Below, piece by piece: positions 62,615-64,000 of a stretch of 64,000 nt of DNA. Location: contig NW_027270964.1 in the NCBI RefSeq assembly GCF_040938485.1, positions 5,022,001 through 5,086,000 on the forward strand, given 5' to 3'. How positions within the stretch are numbered: position 1 is the stretch's first letter; the number at the start of each line of letters is the position of its first letter. The notes below the pieces were generated by a model. It searched no databases and had not been told where the DNA came from. It saw nothing but the letters and a program-made list of their open reading frames with translations. This DNA is from Diadema antillarum. Taxonomy: Eukaryota. Both the position numbers and the translations under genes were made by a program.

Positions 62615-63013
62615 AGGGGTTGTAGTTTTCGTTGAGATGGGTTTGAGGTTTCCAACGGTTTTTGATATTTTTTTTAGATGATAACAAACCTCTTATGAGA
62701 TATGAAAAAGCATATAATTCTTAGAGGAATTCAAAAAGTTTATTTGATGAAAATTGGTTTTGAAATGTCTGAGATATCCAAAACAAAGCGATCTTAATCA
62801 AAGGTGGAACCCACCTTATATCGGGATCGCTTTGTTTTACTTTGCTTTTTTTATATCTCGCCCATTTCAAAGCCGATTTGTATCAAATAAGAGAATAAAC
62901 TTTGAATTCCTCTAAGAATTTTATGCTTTTAACATTTCAAAAATATGGTTTCTAAGTATCTTGCAAAAAGTTACAAGCTGAATTCTCACCTCGGCCAATA
63001 CTATACCATCCCT
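62615..63013. mobile_element. Kolobok-like MITE (copy 4), left end degenerate
   Basis: Right end ACTATACCATCCCT|TTAA; interior homologous to copies 1-3. Confidence 0.82.
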
Positions 63014-64000
63014 TTAAAGCCTTGATCCGCCAAGGTATTTCAAGTTAAATTCATGATTTAGATAAGGTCCATATAGACGGAAAAGAAAGCGAAAAATAGA
63101 TGTACCACGCGCATGCGCGTCGCATAGCTTGCGTTAGATTAGTGAAATTCGCTCTGAGCTACCCCCTTGTCTGATGACCTGAGCGATGTGTCGCATGCAT
63201 TTACACAACGTATATAAGGTTATCTTGCTTTATGGAGAAGATTGGCCTTGTTTAAGAATAATGTCTGTGTTGGTTTAGCTCACTTCTCACGTCCTACCCT
63301 AAACAGAGACGGAATAGAAATGTGGACAATACTACAAATCCGTCTGCCTTGCCCTTGAGTCTGAATAGTATTATGATGTACTGCAAACATATCAAAGATA
63401 TAAGCCAGCATGAATATGGGGAATATCACTGAAGTCTTGCATATTACTGAAATGTCCAAAATGGGCTTATTATGTACATTTTGTTTATTTGCCCAATGTT
63501 TCACCTCATCAGTAAATGCCGCACAACGAGGAACCATTGCTTTTCAAGAATCAAGTTTTAACCAAAACATCCAAGCTTTAAAATGTATTTTTTTTAAACC
63601 CTCACGTGAACATTTTATCCTTCCGGCAGCTGACTTACGCACTCAAAATCTCAGTCAGTATGAAACCACAAGAGAAAATTGAAGTACTAGATCTGAATCA
63701 TCTTTAACTGTCTCCTTGTCGATATATGAAAATGTGAAACATGTGTATCTTAATATAACCATAGAGCTACATGGAGCTACCACGTAGCTCCGTATCATGA
63801 TATAACATTATTGATTTCAAGAACGTTATCGAGTGTTCCCAGCAATCATGCTGAATTAATTAGTCTGCCGGAAGAGAAATAAAAACCACTGTTTCATGAA
63901 TATAGCAATCTTGGACATAGGCCAAACTCAGAAAAATGTTGGCCCCCATATCAAATTAGGTAGAAATACGGCATTGCATTGACGTACTTCAATGTCCCTC

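Overview
AT-rich, repeat-laden eukaryotic genomic DNA. The intron style and repeat content suggest an invertebrate deuterostome, probably an echinoderm (inference). There are three N gaps (4190-4348, 7071-7243, 27388-27549). The right 26 kb holds 20 in-frame + strand exons (37689-62553, 4883 nt, about 1627 codons, no stop) of a large Tie/angiopoietin-receptor-like ectodomain: Ig-Ig-EGFx3-Ig-FN3 x at least 12. The signal-peptide exon is unresolved, and any TM or cytoplasmic domain lies beyond the window. The main observation is that FN3-2 to FN3-11 alternate between two types whose cysteine positions fit a chain of 10 inter-domain disulfides, with the Cys pattern starting and stopping in matched pairs. 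An intron contains a perfectly paired, chimeric-looking tRNA-Gly(TCC)-like cloverleaf head-to-head with a decayed copy of itself. The left 37 kb has no confidently callable gene: it contains MITEs, SINEs, LINE remnants, a Helentron-like element, microsatellites and a few weak exon or promoter candidates. All calls were made by eye; no searches were run.
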